Shown here one piece after another: positions 31,182 through 32,000 of a DNA stretch of 32,000 bases. Source of the stretch: Desulfocapsa sulfexigens DSM 10523. GTDB lineage: Bacteria; Desulfobacterota; Desulfobulbia; Desulfobulbales; Desulfocapsaceae. How positions within the stretch are numbered: position 1 is the stretch's first letter; each line of letters opens with the position of its first letter. The stretch is from contig NC_020304.1 in assembly GCF_000341395.1 (NCBI RefSeq), forward strand, positions 120,001 to 152,000, read 5' to 3'. Below the pieces are notes generated by a model. That model saw only the letters and a program-made list of their open reading frames with translations. It did not search any database and was not told the DNA's origin. Both the position numbers and the translations under genes were made by a program.

Positions 31182-32000
31182 TTAATAATCATTTAGATCG
31201 GTAAAAGTATTCATCCGTTCCAGACGTTCTATTTCCCGTTTATAGCGCCCCTGCCACCCATATTTTCTCATCACCCGACGATAGTGCAGTTTCAAAATCG
31301 GCTTAAAGGCAAAGAGCCATATCCATGTCCAGAGCTTTCCCTGTTTTTTTACAGTGTTGGGTGGTTTCCACCAACCAAGCACAATCTGTCGCTGATACCA
31401 GAAGTGGTACTGTAACGCATCTGAGTCAAGAAAGTTAGTCCGAACATTAGCCCAAAGTCCATTATATTTTTTCAGATCTGTCCTATTCGTAACCAGGTCC
31501 AAAGACAAAAGATGCTCACGCATACCCGTTTTGGGATAGGGGGTAATAATCTGGCAATAGGCCGCGTCAGCTCCAATCTCCTTAAAAAACTGGTAATTTT
31601 CCGTAATGGATTCCACATCATCCTCGGGAAACCCAAAGATAAGTCCGCCAATCACCATCATTCCATATTTATGACAGTTATCAATGGCCTTCCTGGAAGC
31701 AGCGACGATATCACCCTTGCCCGCTGCACTGAGATTCTTTTTGGAACCATTTTCTATACCCAGAAAAACAGAGCAAAACCCCGCCGCAGCCATTTTCGCC
31801 ACCATATCTTCCCGCATTGCCATGGTGACACAGTCTGCCTGAACAAAGAACTTCAGCTTTTTATAGCCCCTGGCGATAATGGCATCACAAAGCTCAATTA
31901 CCCGTTTCGGGTTGAGTACCATATTGTCATCGGTGATAAAGATGGAACGTACCTTGCGATTAAAATAGATATCATCAATATCTTCGAGCACCCGGCTTAT
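31182..32000 (-). CDS. Radical SAM superfamily protein, C-terminal ~272 codons (probably class B / B12-binding type; N-terminus outside the window)
   Basis: The ORF is open to the window edge; the M at 31991 in the ORF track is an internal GTG. The blocks FITDDNMVLNPKRVIELCDAI, AAGFCSVFLGIENGS, MVIGGLIFGFPEDD and QIITPYPKTGMRE match the barrel half of B12-type radical SAM enzymes. The Cys motif and any B12 domain would lie upstream of what is visible. Confidence 0.7.
   Translation of the reverse strand: MSRVLEDIDDIYFNRKVRSIFITDDNMVLNPKRVIELCDAIIARGYKKLKFFVQADCVTMAMREDMVAKMAAAGFCSVFLGIENGSKKNLSAAGKGDIVAASRKAIDNCHKYGMMVIGGLIFGFPEDDVESITENYQFFKEIGADAAYCQIITPYPKTGMREHLLSLDLVTNRTDLKKYNGLWANVRTNFLDSDALQYHFWYQRQIVLGWWKPPNTVKKQGKLWTWIWLFAFKPILKLHYRRVMRKYGWQGRYKREIERLERMNTFTDLNDY

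Noticed and set aside
1-32000. Search by eye for CRISPR arrays, IS elements with inverted repeats, integrases, phage genes, toxin-antitoxin pairs or classic defence genes
   Set aside because: I saw no regularly spaced direct repeats, no transposase/integrase/recombinase-like translations, and no abrupt gene-orientation or composition break next to the tRNA. The tRNA-Cys is followed by housekeeping cys genes, not an island. The window looks like core chromosome.

Overview
This is a densely coding 32-kb chromosomal window with about 24 protein genes and one tRNA. I saw no rRNA, CRISPR array, transposase, integrase or phage genes. The gene content (several radical SAM enzymes, PAS-containing hybrid histidine kinases, an HDOD protein) suggests an anaerobic Desulfobacterota-like bacterium, but that is inference only.

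Layout:
- (a) Minus strand, 1-4800: an HDOD signalling protein, then a tightly packed rnc / Elp3-like radical SAM / ABC-F ATPase operon.
- (b) Plus strand, 4865-7760: tRNA-Cys(GCA) with a clean intrinsic terminator, followed by a TPR membrane protein, cysE and cysK.
- (c) Plus strand, 7932-23067: nine co-directional genes, which are the most interesting part. They are a KamA-type lysine 2,3-aminomutase, two D-Ala-D-Ala-ligase-like ATP-grasp enzymes, and a tri-domain GNAT / HDAC-type deacetylase / GNAT fusion. These are followed by a five-gene set of circularly permuted ATP-grasp, alpha-E and transglutaminase-like proteins, including an 1106-aa transglutaminase fused to a DUF2126-type predicted amidoligase. 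That five-gene family has been predicted by comparative genomics to be a peptide synthesis/modification system. To my knowledge it has never been characterised biochemically, and its linkage to a beta-lysine module is what I flag as potentially new.
- (d) Minus strand, 23124-27898: two tandem, translationally coupled paralogous hybrid sensor kinases with different sensor modules.
- (e) Minus strand, 28089-32000: an operon of a class-B-like radical SAM (partial), a radical SAM/SPASM enzyme, a CrtI-like FAD oxidoreductase and an ICMT/PEMT-like membrane methyltransferase. This is a candidate lipid or hydrophobic-metabolite tailoring cluster.

All functional calls rest on motifs I read in the translations. 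No database search was run.
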